DNA of 64,000 nucleotides from an uncultured Planctomycetaceae bacterium. GTDB lineage: Bacteria > Planctomycetota > Planctomycetia > Pirellulales > Thermoguttaceae. The notes below the pieces were generated by a model. That model was not told the DNA's origin, ran no database searches, and was given only the letters and a program-made list of their open reading frames with translations. Below, piece by piece: positions 41,195 through 50,612 of this stretch. The stretch spans positions 950 to 64,949 of the forward strand of contig CAYUUL010000006.1 of NCBI GenBank assembly GCA_964447865.1, written 5' to 3'. Both the position numbers and the translations under genes were made by a program. Within the stretch, counting starts at the first letter, position 1, and each line of letters opens with the position of its first letter.

Positions 41195-42135
41195 TCGTTC
41201 ACCTCTCCCTTCGCTCGCTTACGTCGGTTTACAGGATCAAGATAATGCTCGATACAAAGGAATACGAGCGTCAGAAACATCGCAAAGACTAAATAAATGA
41301 GCGCAGTCGCAATCAAAGGGAAAAAAGCTTCATAAGTACGAGCGCGAACAATATCACTAGCTTTCGTTAAATCCTGGGTTGCGATATAGCCAACGATAGA
41401 AGTCGTTTTCAACAAGGAAATAGACTCGCCTTTGTAGACGGGAATAATACGTCGAGTGGCAATCGGCATAATAACTTTCGTGAAAACCTGCACTCTTCCA
41501 AACCCGAGCGCTCTCGCCGCTTCAACGAGCCCTTTATCAATACCATCGACGCCGGTACGCATCATTTCCCCAGCATATGCGGCAAAATTCAAGGACATCG
41601 CAATAACGGCAACTGTTTCTTTTTCATACCCCCATGGAGCATTAAATTTCGCGAAGACGACATAGTACATGATCAAGAGGACAACCAAAATTGGCGTACC
41701 CTGCATAATCGTTATGTATGCTTTCGCCGTATACCTTAACCACCAACAATGTGAACGACGCATACAACATTGCAAGAAAGCAAAGACCGTACCAAGTATA
41801 ATTGAAAAAAAGGTGATTGCTAGAGTGACATAAACACCATCGCGGAATAAACGCCACCTTCCGTCAACAATAAACGTTTTTTCGAAGCTTCTCCGAATCT
41901 TTTGAACAAACGTTTTACCGACGTTCGTTCCATAGCTTTGCGAGGTTGCTTGCAGGTCGTCGCTTGTCGCAACAGAATCTTGCAAATCACTCACAGAAGC
42001 GGCGCAAGCGCCCCCATTCTCCCCCCAAACAGCGAACAACACGCTCAACGCCGTTATTACGCAGATAGCAAGAAAACAACGACGCATAAAAAGCGTCGCA
42101 GATTCAGACCCAACCACAAGAGATTTAGTCCGCAT
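41191..42135 (-). CDS. amino-acid ABC transporter permease (HisM/GlnP type) with ~90-aa N-terminal extension
   Basis: EAA-type loop [22 protein letters not shown] overlap with the ATPase gene at 41191-41194. Confidence 0.85.
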   Translation of the reverse strand: MRTKSLVVGSESATLFMRRCFLAICVITALSVLFAVWGENGGACAASVSDLQDSVATSDDLQATSQSYGTNVGKTFVQKIRRSFEKTFIVDGRWRLFRDGVYVTLAITFFSIILGTVFAFLQCCMRRSHCWWLRYTAKAYITIMQGTPILVVLLIMYYVVFAKFNAPWGYEKETVAVIAMSLNFAAYAGEMMRTGVDGIDKGLVEAARALGFGRVQVFTKVIMPIATRRIIPVYKGESISLLKTTSIVGYIATQDLTKASDIVRARTYEAFFPLIATALIYLVFAMFLTLVFLCIEHYLDPVNRRKRAKGEVNE

Positions 42136-42136
42136 C
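42105..42136 (-). repeat. copy A of a 32-bp direct repeat spanning the start codon (permease)
   Basis: cagacccaaccacaAGagatttagtccgcatc matches 43392-43423 at 30 of 32 positions. It encodes [11 protein letters not shown]. Confidence 0.85.
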
Positions 42137-42148
42137 GATTATGTCCTT

Positions 42149-42337
42149 TTAACTTTCACGTGAACGCCAACCGCGAAACCTCGCGTAAAACCGTCCGGAA
42201 TAATCCGCGCCATGTCTACTAATCGCAACAAACTCCCGTTCTAAAATCAGAAATAAAATTCTGAACGCGAGAAATGAAACAACAATCAATACAGACGTCA
42301 CAACAATACCGACGGCATAGATCAACCAGGAAAACAT
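42149..42337 (-). CDS. candidate small single-pass membrane protein (62 aa from the internal ATG)
   Basis: MFSWLIYAVGIVVTSVLIVVSFLAFRILFLIL plus a basic tail. The stop lies 13 nt upstream of the permease ATG on the same strand. No homology recognised. Confidence 0.3.
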   Translation of the reverse strand: MFSWLIYAVGIVVTSVLIVVSFLAFRILFLILEREFVAISRHGADYSGRFYARFRGWRSRES

Positions 42338-42459
42338 AAGTTCCCCAAAAACTAGACGCCGAAGAGCCGACAAAACTCCCCGGCGTAAACGTCATTCCAT
42401 ACAACAAAGAACCTAAATACGTCAACTAGCTTTCGGGAAAATCACGTTCCGACGCTCCA

Positions 42460-43422
42460 TTATTCCACAACAGATTTCTCGTCTTCAGGAATATTTTTTT
42501 CCTCTGTCGTAATTTCCTTACCCACAGAAGCGCTTTCCGTAGTCGGAACAGGATTCAAAGGTTGCCAACGACTTCTGAGGATCATAAGTCCAGCAGGACA
42601 GTCAATGTAATCATCGGAGAAAAGCATCGTCTCCGCGCGTTCAGGCGTTTTGTCAAGGTTACCCACTGCGAGATCAACTTTTTCAGTTTCCACCGCAGGG
42701 AACAAAGCGTCATAGAAGAGCGACTCAAATTCGTAATCCATGTTAAGGAACAAGGCCAAACGCTGAACAAATTCGGTATCAAAACCAGACCAGGATCCGT
42801 CGCCATTAATGAAGGACATGGGAACATTCTGGGGATCGTTTCCAATGATCAGAGGTTTACCGGGATTAACAGGATTTTCAGGTTTTGGTATAACTGGCAT
42901 CTTCGCATCAACAGTCTTAACCCAACGGTCATACATATCCTGATACGTACCATCTTCGCGATATTGTTTGATGAACTCATTGACCTTATCCATCAGCTCT
43001 TGATTTTTGAAGGGAGCGCCAACGGCAATATGTCCCTCGCCAATAGATTCCGGGATGACATAAAAGAGTTCATTACTAGCAGCCGCATACTCGAGAGCAG
43101 GACGGTCATAGGCAACGGCGTCAACTTTACCAGCTTGAAGAGCGGCGTAACAATCGGCTGGAGTCGCAAAACTAATAGACTTCGCCTTCGGCAAACGTTG
43201 TTGTCCCATACGTAAAGAGACGCACTCAGTCTCGCCGCAAATAGTCATCGAAGGTTGATTAAGATCATCTATAGAACGGATTGGCGTAACTGGACGACCG
43301 CCGCACCCTTGTCCCGACAACAAACTCAAATAAGCCGGAGTTAAAAGACTTAGAGAAATAAAACTACGACGCGAAATCCCCGCCGAAGAACCAGACCCAA
43401 CCACATTAGATTTAGTCCGCAT
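42460..43422 (-). CDS. family-3 amino-acid ABC substrate-binding protein with Tat-like signal
   Basis: The n-region SRRSFISLSLL is followed by a periplasmic-binding-protein fold (ALQAGKVDAVAYDRPALEYA, VDLAVGNLDKTPERA). Confidence 0.8.
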   Translation of the reverse strand: MRTKSNVVGSGSSAGISRRSFISLSLLTPAYLSLLSGQGCGGRPVTPIRSIDDLNQPSMTICGETECVSLRMGQQRLPKAKSISFATPADCYAALQAGKVDAVAYDRPALEYAAASNELFYVIPESIGEGHIAVGAPFKNQELMDKVNEFIKQYREDGTYQDMYDRWVKTVDAKMPVIPKPENPVNPGKPLIIGNDPQNVPMSFINGDGSWSGFDTEFVQRLALFLNMDYEFESLFYDALFPAVETEKVDLAVGNLDKTPERAETMLFSDDYIDCPAGLMILRSRWQPLNPVPTTESASVGKEITTEEKNIPEDEKSVVE

Positions 43423-43423
43423 C
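43392..43423 (-). repeat. copy B of the 32-bp direct repeat spanning the start codon (binding protein)
   Basis: cagacccaaccacaTTagatttagtccgcatc. It encodes MRTKSNVVGSG. Confidence 0.85.
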
Positions 43424-43849
43424 CCTTTTTTCCTATTCTGTCACGTAAAATGTAAAGACACAAACACCTGCGCTTTGTTACTAACCACGCCGCTCAAACG
43501 CCGTTCAAAACGGCTCACGAAGAACCACTCTTCGAATAAGCGGACAACCTAAACAACGCGTTGAATATACCCCCTAAGAGCAATGTGTCAACGAGATAAT
43601 AATGAAAAAGTGGGTAAAAGAAAAAAGAGAACCAAATTAGATTTTTAATTCATAAATTGGACGAAAAAATTGGTAAATCAAGTTCAGAAAATTTCAATAA
43701 TCGCAAAAATGGAAAAGTATGGTTAGAAATAAATTCTATTGAAGGCTAATACAATGACGATTATAATTCCTGAAAGAACAAGAAGGCGTTCCATCTCGTA
43801 GCGCCACGAGAGGTATTAACTTATTTTTCTAGAAAATAGGAAACACTCC

Positions 43850-45166
43850 ATGCAATATCGATCCCGACGTGAATTTATTAAAAAGAGCGCGTTTATTTCC
43901 GCAGCCGGTCTGGTAGCTACGTCACTCCCTTCTCCGCGCGTCCACGCGAGTGAAAACAACACTCTTAAACTTGGAATCGTTGGTTGCGGCGGACGCGGTT
44001 GCGGCGCAGTAGGGAATGCAATGGAAGCCGATCCCAATGTTAAGTTGATTACAGCGGCCGACGTTTTTCCTGCTCGCGGTAAGAATGGTATCGCCGGTCT
44101 AAAAGATCAGTACGGCGATCGAATCGACGTTCCGGAAGAACGTTTTTTTTCGGGTTTTGACGGTTACAAACAAGTTCTCGCGCAGGACGTCGATATTGTC
44201 CTTCTCACGTCTCCGCAACACTTTCGTCCAATAATGCTAAAAGAGGCGGTGGCGGCAGGCAAACATATTTTCGCGGAAAAGCCGGTCGCAGTGGACGGCG
44301 AAGGGATCAGGATCATTCAAGAAGCGGCGGAAGAAGCTAAGAAAAAGGGCTTGAACCTCGTGGGAGGTCTTGTCAATCGTTATGGAGCTTCCGCGCAAGA
44401 AGTTATGAAACGTATTCAAGACGGCGCAATTGGGAACGTAATAACGGCGCGCGGCGATCGCATGGGCGGTTCTTGTTGGAAACGCCCCCGTACGGAAGGC
44501 CAAACGGAAATGGAATACCAAATGACCAACTGGCTGAATTTTAACTGGATGGCTAGCGAATATATCAACGACGTGACGATACACCAGTTAGATATAGCGC
44601 TGTGGGCATTTGGCGACGCCACGCCGATCGGAGCTTACGGAATGGGCGGTCGTCTATCTCGGGCAGGCGTCGACACAGGCGACATGTACGACTCAATGGC
44701 TGTCGTATATGAATTTGCCGACGGACGTTCCCTCTACGCGTTCTCACGTCAAATTAACGGATGTTTCAGCCGAGCGCACACAACAATCAACGGTTCGAAG
44801 GGCTACGCATTGATCGGCAATCTTGAGTCGAAAGCCAGTATCATTATCGACGGCAAAGAAACGAAGATCGAACGCGGCAAAATCTCAGGCTATGTCGTCG
44901 AGCATAAAGTTCTTATTGACGCAGTCCGTAGCGGCGGATCTACCTACGTCAACAACGCGAGTTATATGTGCAATTCGACGGGTTGCGCAATATTGGGACG
45001 ATTGTGTTCCTACAGCGGACAATATGTAACATGGGATGAAATGCTTGCATCGGTAGGCGACAAACCGAGCGAATACTCGATGAACGCAACGCCGCCGACC
45101 CTTCCTAATGAAGCGGGTTTATACAAGATCGCCAAACCGAGCATTGGGATGGAATACCTCAATTAG
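43850..45166 (+). CDS. Tat-exported Gfo/Idh/MocA family oxidoreductase
   Basis: Twin-arginine signal SRREFIKKSAFISAAGLVA, Rossmann motif LKLGIVGCGGRG, and the EKP motif (IFAEKPVAV). Confidence 0.85.
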   Translation: MQYRSRREFIKKSAFISAAGLVATSLPSPRVHASENNTLKLGIVGCGGRGCGAVGNAMEADPNVKLITAADVFPARGKNGIAGLKDQYGDRIDVPEERFFSGFDGYKQVLAQDVDIVLLTSPQHFRPIMLKEAVAAGKHIFAEKPVAVDGEGIRIIQEAAEEAKKKGLNLVGGLVNRYGASAQEVMKRIQDGAIGNVITARGDRMGGSCWKRPRTEGQTEMEYQMTNWLNFNWMASEYINDVTIHQLDIALWAFGDATPIGAYGMGGRLSRAGVDTGDMYDSMAVVYEFADGRSLYAFSRQINGCFSRAHTTINGSKGYALIGNLESKASIIIDGKETKIERGKISGYVVEHKVLIDAVRSGGSTYVNNASYMCNSTGCAILGRLCSYSGQYVTWDEMLASVGDKPSEYSMNATPPTLPNEAGLYKIAKPSIGMEYLN

Positions 45167-45204
45167 CAAAAGTTTTCAGTTGGATATGTGATAATTGTCC
45201 GCTT

Positions 45205-45247
45205 GTCAAGGAACGAGTTTTTACGCGTCCCTTGACGTGTTATTTTA
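45205..45247 (+). terminator. putative intrinsic terminator after the oxidoreductase
   Basis: gtcaaggaacg (45205-45215) pairs with cgtcccttgac (45226-45236): 11 bp with 1 mismatch. Followed by gtgttatttta. Confidence 0.45.
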
Positions 45248-45310
45248 GGACGTCATCTTCGGCCATAACGTTCGTTTTGACGTCTCGCTTAAACGAACAG
45301 GAGACCCGAT

Positions 45311-46606
45311 ATGTCAGTAGAGACGACAACACGTTCTTGGGGTTCGCGCGTAGGCGGAGCTTTCAAGGGGATTTTAATCGGCATACTTATGATCGTCGTT
45401 GGGTGCGCGGTTCTTTTTTGGAATGAAGGACGTACGGTTAAACGCGCGAAAGCTCTTAAAGAGGGCGCGTCTGTCGTTGTTGACGTCGACTCAGCAACCT
45501 TAGATGCGAATAACGAAGGGAAGCTCATCCACATTACGGGCGCCGCGACAGTAGCCGAGCCACTTACCGACCCTTTTTTCGGAATTAGCGCCGAAGCGCT
45601 CAAGCTCGAGCGTAAAGTCGAAATTTACCAGTGGTCTGAAAATGTCACAACCAAAACAGAACGAGGTTCTCGCGGTTCGGAAATCGAAACAACCGAATAT
45701 AGTTACGAGAAAAAGTGGAATGAAGGCTTGATCGATTCTTCCAACTTCCACGACGACGGATACGATAATCCAACAACGGTTCCAGTTGAAAGCGAATCTT
45801 TTACAGCGTCGCTGATCAAGGTTGGAGCCTACACGCTTTCTGATAGTCTTATCGCTAAGATCTCGGCTACCGACGCGTTTAAGCCGAAACACGGGACGTC
45901 GGTAAAAGCCGAATCGGTTAAAGGTACAAACGATGTAGACGCAACTGACGACGACCAAGAAAACGGCGAACTCGTCCCCTCCGAAATTTCCAACGAATAT
46001 GGCGACGAGTTTACACAAGTCGAAACGGAATCGCTTCCTTCTTCCGTTACAACGAATACAGAAAACGCTAAAGACTTCATTCCTACGGAAGACGGTTTTT
46101 ACAAAGGTAATCCGACCTCTCCCCAAATTGGCGATATTAGAGTCACCTACCAATACGCGCCTTCCCCGACGACAGTCAGTATTGTTTCAGAACAAAGCGG
46201 CGAATCATTTGTTCCTTACCAAGCGGCAACCGACACGGTTGAACTCTTGACCATTGGTTCGGTAAGCTCGGCGGAAATGTTTCAGGGCGCTCAAAAAGCC
46301 AACAAATTGGCGGCGTGGCTTCTGCGCGCAATCGGTTTTATATTGATCTTCATCGGATTCAAGTCTGTGTTCGCTCCTCTAACAGTCATAGCCGACATTG
46401 TTCCGTTTGCAGCAAAGATTGTGGGAGCCGGGACGGGCTTTGTAGCCTTCAGCCTTTCGTTCTGTTTGTCCCTTGCCATGATTGCGATCGGTTGGATCGC
46501 CTATCGTCCGGTAGTTGGAATCACGCTTCTTGTTATCGCGGTCGTAGTTCTTATTCTCCCTCTTTTCCGAGGCAAGAAGTCTTCAACACCTAATCCAGGC
46601 GCGTGA
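45311..46606 (+). CDS. TMEM43/DUF1625 family membrane protein
   Basis: AGGAG lies upstream of the ATG. N-terminal TM helix followed by LFWNEGRTVKRAKAL..., then KLERKVEIYQWSE, a long loop, and 3-4 C-terminal TM helices. This is the TMEM43 (LUMA) architecture. Confidence 0.65.
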   Translation: MSVETTTRSWGSRVGGAFKGILIGILMIVVGCAVLFWNEGRTVKRAKALKEGASVVVDVDSATLDANNEGKLIHITGAATVAEPLTDPFFGISAEALKLERKVEIYQWSENVTTKTERGSRGSEIETTEYSYEKKWNEGLIDSSNFHDDGYDNPTTVPVESESFTASLIKVGAYTLSDSLIAKISATDAFKPKHGTSVKAESVKGTNDVDATDDDQENGELVPSEISNEYGDEFTQVETESLPSSVTTNTENAKDFIPTEDGFYKGNPTSPQIGDIRVTYQYAPSPTTVSIVSEQSGESFVPYQAATDTVELLTIGSVSSAEMFQGAQKANKLAAWLLRAIGFILIFIGFKSVFAPLTVIADIVPFAAKIVGAGTGFVAFSLSFCLSLAMIAIGWIAYRPVVGITLLVIAVVVLILPLFRGKKSSTPNPGA

Positions 46607-46735
46607 TCTTTCAAGACTACAAGTTCGTCAAGGCGTTTTTATAGAACGTCATTAAAGCGTGGAGCGCCGTCACGTCAAGAACGCGCGACGTTCCACGCGA
46701 CTTATATTGATGCAGCAATGTCCGAGCGGTAAGAA

Positions 46736-49700
46736 ATGACCAATTCGACAAATGAAAAAAATAACGTCCAAATTTTCCCTAATCGGAAGGTACCTAACAC
46801 GGACGACGCATCCGACAATCAAAGGTTAAAGGCCGCCGAACGAGAATTAATGCGGCACATTGTTCAGACGCAAAAGGAAATTCGCCGCGTTGATCTTTTG
46901 TCTGCAGTTTGCGCATTCGCAACATTGGCGCTCGCGTTATTATTATTCGGAATCATCCTCGACTGCTGGATTCTATCGGACGGTCTCAGTCCAAGAGGAC
47001 GCGTATATTACGCGATTTTTTGGGCGTTTGCTACCTTATCTTTTTTCTTTTATCGCTTGATCCCAGTCTTTTCTCGCCGCGTCAACGTAACTTACGCGGC
47101 TAAGGCTCTTGAAGACGTATGGCAAGACAAACATAATTTCACAATCAATTGGCTCCAATTATGCAGGCTGGAATTGAACGCGAACGCTACGTCAGACATT
47201 TCCGCAGAAACGTCGGCAACACGCCAAGCGATACTTCGCGGGGTAACGTTGCAAGCCGCGGCCAACGCCAAACGCCAAAATAACGAGACAGTCGCAGATT
47301 TTTCGGGACTCATTCGTTGGGGAATCGCCTTTGCCACAGTGGTCGCCGTTATCGCGGGTTACGCAGTTTTTTCCCCTAAGAATCCATTTACGGGGGCCGG
47401 TCGAATAATAGCCCCTCTCGCAAAGATCGAGCGTCCCCAAGCGTTACATTTTAAATCGATCGAACCAGGCGACGTCATCGCTTACCAAGGCGATTTCATA
47501 GAGGTCAACGCAGAAATTCCTGGGGCAGATTCTCTACAAGTCGAATTACTCTATTCTTCAGAAGATCGGCGTCTTATCGACGTTTCCATTCCAATGGAAT
47601 CTCTTGGTTCTTCCAAGTTTCACGCGACGTTACCCAACGACGAAGCGGGTCTGAGCGAAAGTATAACGTATCGTATTTTAGTCGGTCGCGACGAACGCAT
47701 CGAAAGTTCTTCGGAAGAATACACGGTAACCACGCGACCTCAACCGTCGTTTAGAGTTGAAAAAACGACGTTTACATTCCCAGAATATACAGGTTTATCT
47801 CCTCAAACATTCGAAAATCAAGGAGAAATACGCGCACTTGAAGGTACGGTAGTCAAGTTAGAGGCGCGTTGTAACGCAGACTTGGAGCGAGCAGTCATGT
47901 TTCCCGACGGATCCCAGCCTCGAGCGCGTAAAATGACAGTCAGCGCAGACAATCCTAAACTGGCGTCGATTGAATTCCCATTATCTTTGTCGTCAGTTCC
48001 GGAAGAGGGCGTTCCGAAACAGGAATTCGAATTTTACCAACTTGTATCGCACGACATAGACGGTCAAGAAAACCGCGACCAACAAAACTATCCGGTTTCG
48101 ATTCTTTTAGACCAACCGCCAACCGTTCGCTGGACCGTGTCTTCCGACGCGGTCGTCGACATTCCTCTCAACGACGTAATGTGCGTAAGCGTTTTAGCTG
48201 AAGATCCCGATTTCTCGTTGCGTTCAGCTCAAATACAATTTGCGCGTATCCCACAAGATGAAAACGCTACAAACACGAAATCCAGTAAAAATGAATTGCC
48301 TCCGCATCCGCTTCTTTTAACCTCTCCGAACGCCAACCCCAACGCGGATTACACTAAAGGTCCAACTCCGTTTGTAGGTTCTCATACTCTTTCGTACGAG
48401 ATAGAGCCGAAGCAACTTGGCCTTTCAGTCGGGGATTATATCGAATACTGGGTTGTCGCTTACGATTCTAAATTACCAGCGCCTAATAGCGGTTCTTCAT
48501 CCAAACGCAGATTTCGCGTCGTTGAGCCTGTCGAAAACCCGTCGGGGACGTCTCCTGAAAAGGAAGAAGAATCTACTGAAGACGAACAGTCCGACTCGTC
48601 CGGGGAAGGTCAGAACGGTTCGCAAGAAGGCGCTGGAGTCGATTCCGACGAACAAGACGGTTCAAACAACGACTCCAATCAGGCCAATGAAAATGGACAA
48701 GGCGAGGAATCAGAAGGCAAAACCGGAACCGACGGCGAAAGCGGCGAAGAATCAGAAGAATCCGGGGCAGACGGGACAGGCGAAGAGTCTGACGGACAGG
48801 GACAAAACGAAAACGGCAACTCCGATGAAGGAACCGAATCGTCAACAGGCAACGACGCGTCAGGATCAGATAATTCATCGTCCGCCGGTTCCAACAGTTC
48901 CGACGACGCCCAAAGCGGAACAAACGAGGAGTCAACCGCGGGAAACGCAAACGCCTCCGACAGCCAATCCGATACGCCAACAGACGCAAACGTAGAAGAA
49001 AGCGACGAAGCGTCTTCTTCTCCCACCCCTAGCGCAAGTTCTTCGGGTCAACCAATCGATCCGGAAACCAATCCAGGGGACGCGTTTGAAGCAATCCTAA
49101 ACCATATGCAAGCAACAGGAGCTTTATCCAACAACGACGAAGAAGGCGCACAGAGCGCTAGCGGCGTAGCTGAAGGAGACGAAGAAACAGAAGAAAGCGG
49201 AAACGGAAACGGAGAAAAAGACGGGCAAGTCTCAACAGACTCGAACGAAGACGCGCATGAAAATGAAGAAGAAGCCGAGCCGAATTTCGACTCGCAAGAC
49301 AACGTTCCTAAACCTTCAGAGAAACGCGACCTTCCGACTCGAACAAGTAGCGACAAACCTGAAGCAGATTCGCCGAGTTATCAGGCAAACGACCCGAGTC
49401 AAGCCCATCCTGATACCCCGCGCAGGCAGGGCAAAATCGATCCGAACACAAACGATTATCTTGCGCAAAACGCGGATCCCAACGCTCCGGCGACCAATAA
49501 TCCGAAACAAAAGCAAGACGCGAACATAACCCTCGATCCTTTTGACCAAACGCCGAGTACTGCGGCTTCCGGCGTAAACAGCGACGCGCCGGAAGCTAAG
49601 GGAAACGCGCAACATAACGTTCCCGACGCGCCATACGAAATTGATCAGGACAGCTCCTCCGAGGATAGAGAAAGCGACGCGTCGGATCCGTTCGACTTGA

Positions 49701-50353
49701 ACGATCAACCAGAAGTCGGTTCCGGCGGGTCAAATGGAACGGACAGCGCGCAACCTGAGGATCGTAGCAACGGTCAAAAAGGCGGCGGCGTGGGCGACGC
49801 GGCGCAAAGTAAAGCCGATAGTCAGAACGAGGACGGTTCGCCGTCAAACAGATCTTCAGCCGGACAGGCGCCGTCTCAACGCGGGGGCGGTAGCGGAACG
49901 GGTCAAGGCGAATTGGATAATGGGAAACAAACGCTTGCTCCCGCCGACAAACCGAAACTCCGTTACGCGGAAGAAGCTTCCAATCTTGTTCTCAATTATC
50001 TTGAAGACGCGTTAAAAGATCAAATTGATCGCGATCTTTTAAACGAACTTGGGTGGACGGAAGAACAACTTCGTCAATTCCTTGAAGAATGGAAGAAGAG
50101 GCGAGCGGACGCCGAATCCGGCAACCGTAAAGCCAAAGAGGAATATTTGCGTAAATTGTCCAAAGTAGATTTGGGCGACGCCTCCATGCTCGGCAAACCG
50201 GACGACGAATACGTTCCTCGCGAAAGCAAATCTCGCTCCGAAGGTTCTCTCGGGAAACCGACAATCGAAGCGTCCAGGTTACAGACTCCCGATCGTCTTA
50301 GCGAACGCGTCAGGGCTTTTACGCAGGGCGTATCGCGCGCCAAGCAGCGTTAA
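46736..50353 (+). CDS. 1205-aa membrane-anchored hypothetical protein with a long acidic low-complexity region
   Basis: Three predicted TM helices within the first ~210 aa, a beta-rich middle section (~res 230-600), then an S/D/E/N/G-rich stretch, and a charged helical C-terminus (LNELGWTEEQLRQFLEEWKKRR). Confidence 0.75.
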   Translation: MTNSTNEKNNVQIFPNRKVPNTDDASDNQRLKAAERELMRHIVQTQKEIRRVDLLSAVCAFATLALALLLFGIILDCWILSDGLSPRGRVYYAIFWAFATLSFFFYRLIPVFSRRVNVTYAAKALEDVWQDKHNFTINWLQLCRLELNANATSDISAETSATRQAILRGVTLQAAANAKRQNNETVADFSGLIRWGIAFATVVAVIAGYAVFSPKNPFTGAGRIIAPLAKIERPQALHFKSIEPGDVIAYQGDFIEVNAEIPGADSLQVELLYSSEDRRLIDVSIPMESLGSSKFHATLPNDEAGLSESITYRILVGRDERIESSSEEYTVTTRPQPSFRVEKTTFTFPEYTGLSPQTFENQGEIRALEGTVVKLEARCNADLERAVMFPDGSQPRARKMTVSADNPKLASIEFPLSLSSVPEEGVPKQEFEFYQLVSHDIDGQENRDQQNYPVSILLDQPPTVRWTVSSDAVVDIPLNDVMCVSVLAEDPDFSLRSAQIQFARIPQDENATNTKSSKNELPPHPLLLTSPNANPNADYTKGPTPFVGSHTLSYEIEPKQLGLSVGDYIEYWVVAYDSKLPAPNSGSSSKRRFRVVEPVENPSGTSPEKEEESTEDEQSDSSGEGQNGSQEGAGVDSDEQDGSNNDSNQANENGQGEESEGKTGTDGESGEESEESGADGTGEESDGQGQNENGNSDEGTESSTGNDASGSDNSSSAGSNSSDDAQSGTNEESTAGNANASDSQSDTPTDANVEESDEASSSPTPSASSSGQPIDPETNPGDAFEAILNHMQATGALSNNDEEGAQSASGVAEGDEETEESGNGNGEKDGQVSTDSNEDAHENEEEAEPNFDSQDNVPKPSEKRDLPTRTSSDKPEADSPSYQANDPSQAHPDTPRRQGKIDPNTNDYLAQNADPNAPATNNPKQKQDANITLDPFDQTPSTAASGVNSDAPEAKGNAQHNVPDAPYEIDQDSSSEDRESDASDPFDLNDQPEVGSGGSNGTDSAQPEDRSNGQKGGGVGDAAQSKADSQNEDGSPSNRSSAGQAPSQRGGGSGTGQGELDNGKQTLAPADKPKLRYAEEASNLVLNYLEDALKDQIDRDLLNELGWTEEQLRQFLEEWKKRRADAESGNRKAKEEYLRKLSKVDLGDASMLGKPDDEYVPRESKSRSEGSLGKPTIEASRLQTPDRLSERVRAFTQGVSRAKQR
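48540..49920 (+). other. purine-rich coding low-complexity tract (~460 acidic/Ser/Gly/Asn codons)
   Basis: Translates as ...EKEEESTEDEQSDSSGEGQNGSQEGAGVDSDEQDGSNNDSNQ... The long shadow ORFs on the opposite strand here are artefacts of this composition. Confidence 0.8.
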
Positions 50354-50534
50354 AACGACGATTGCGGTTCCTTTTTTTAGCGATTCTGGACGCCTTCTCA
50401 GGTTGTCGATTCGTGTATAATGACGAGATAATAGTGCAAATAAGTATTAAGCGAAGTCTTTGCGCCATTTCGTCGCGTCAACATTTTTAAATTAAAAATT
50501 AAAACGTTGACAATCATTTGAAAACATGACCTGC

Positions 50535-50571
50535 AACGGTCGCGTAGAAACAGCTTTTCGACGCGACCGTT
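50535..50571 (+). other. perfect 11-bp stem / 15-nt loop hairpin ~40 nt upstream of the DUF3419 gene
   Basis: aacggtcgcgt (50535-50545) pairs with acgcgaccgtt (50561-50571). No U-tract on either strand. Confidence 0.7.
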
Positions 50572-50612
50572 TATAAATAGGTTGGAATTGTATACAGAAC
50601 CAGGACACGTCA

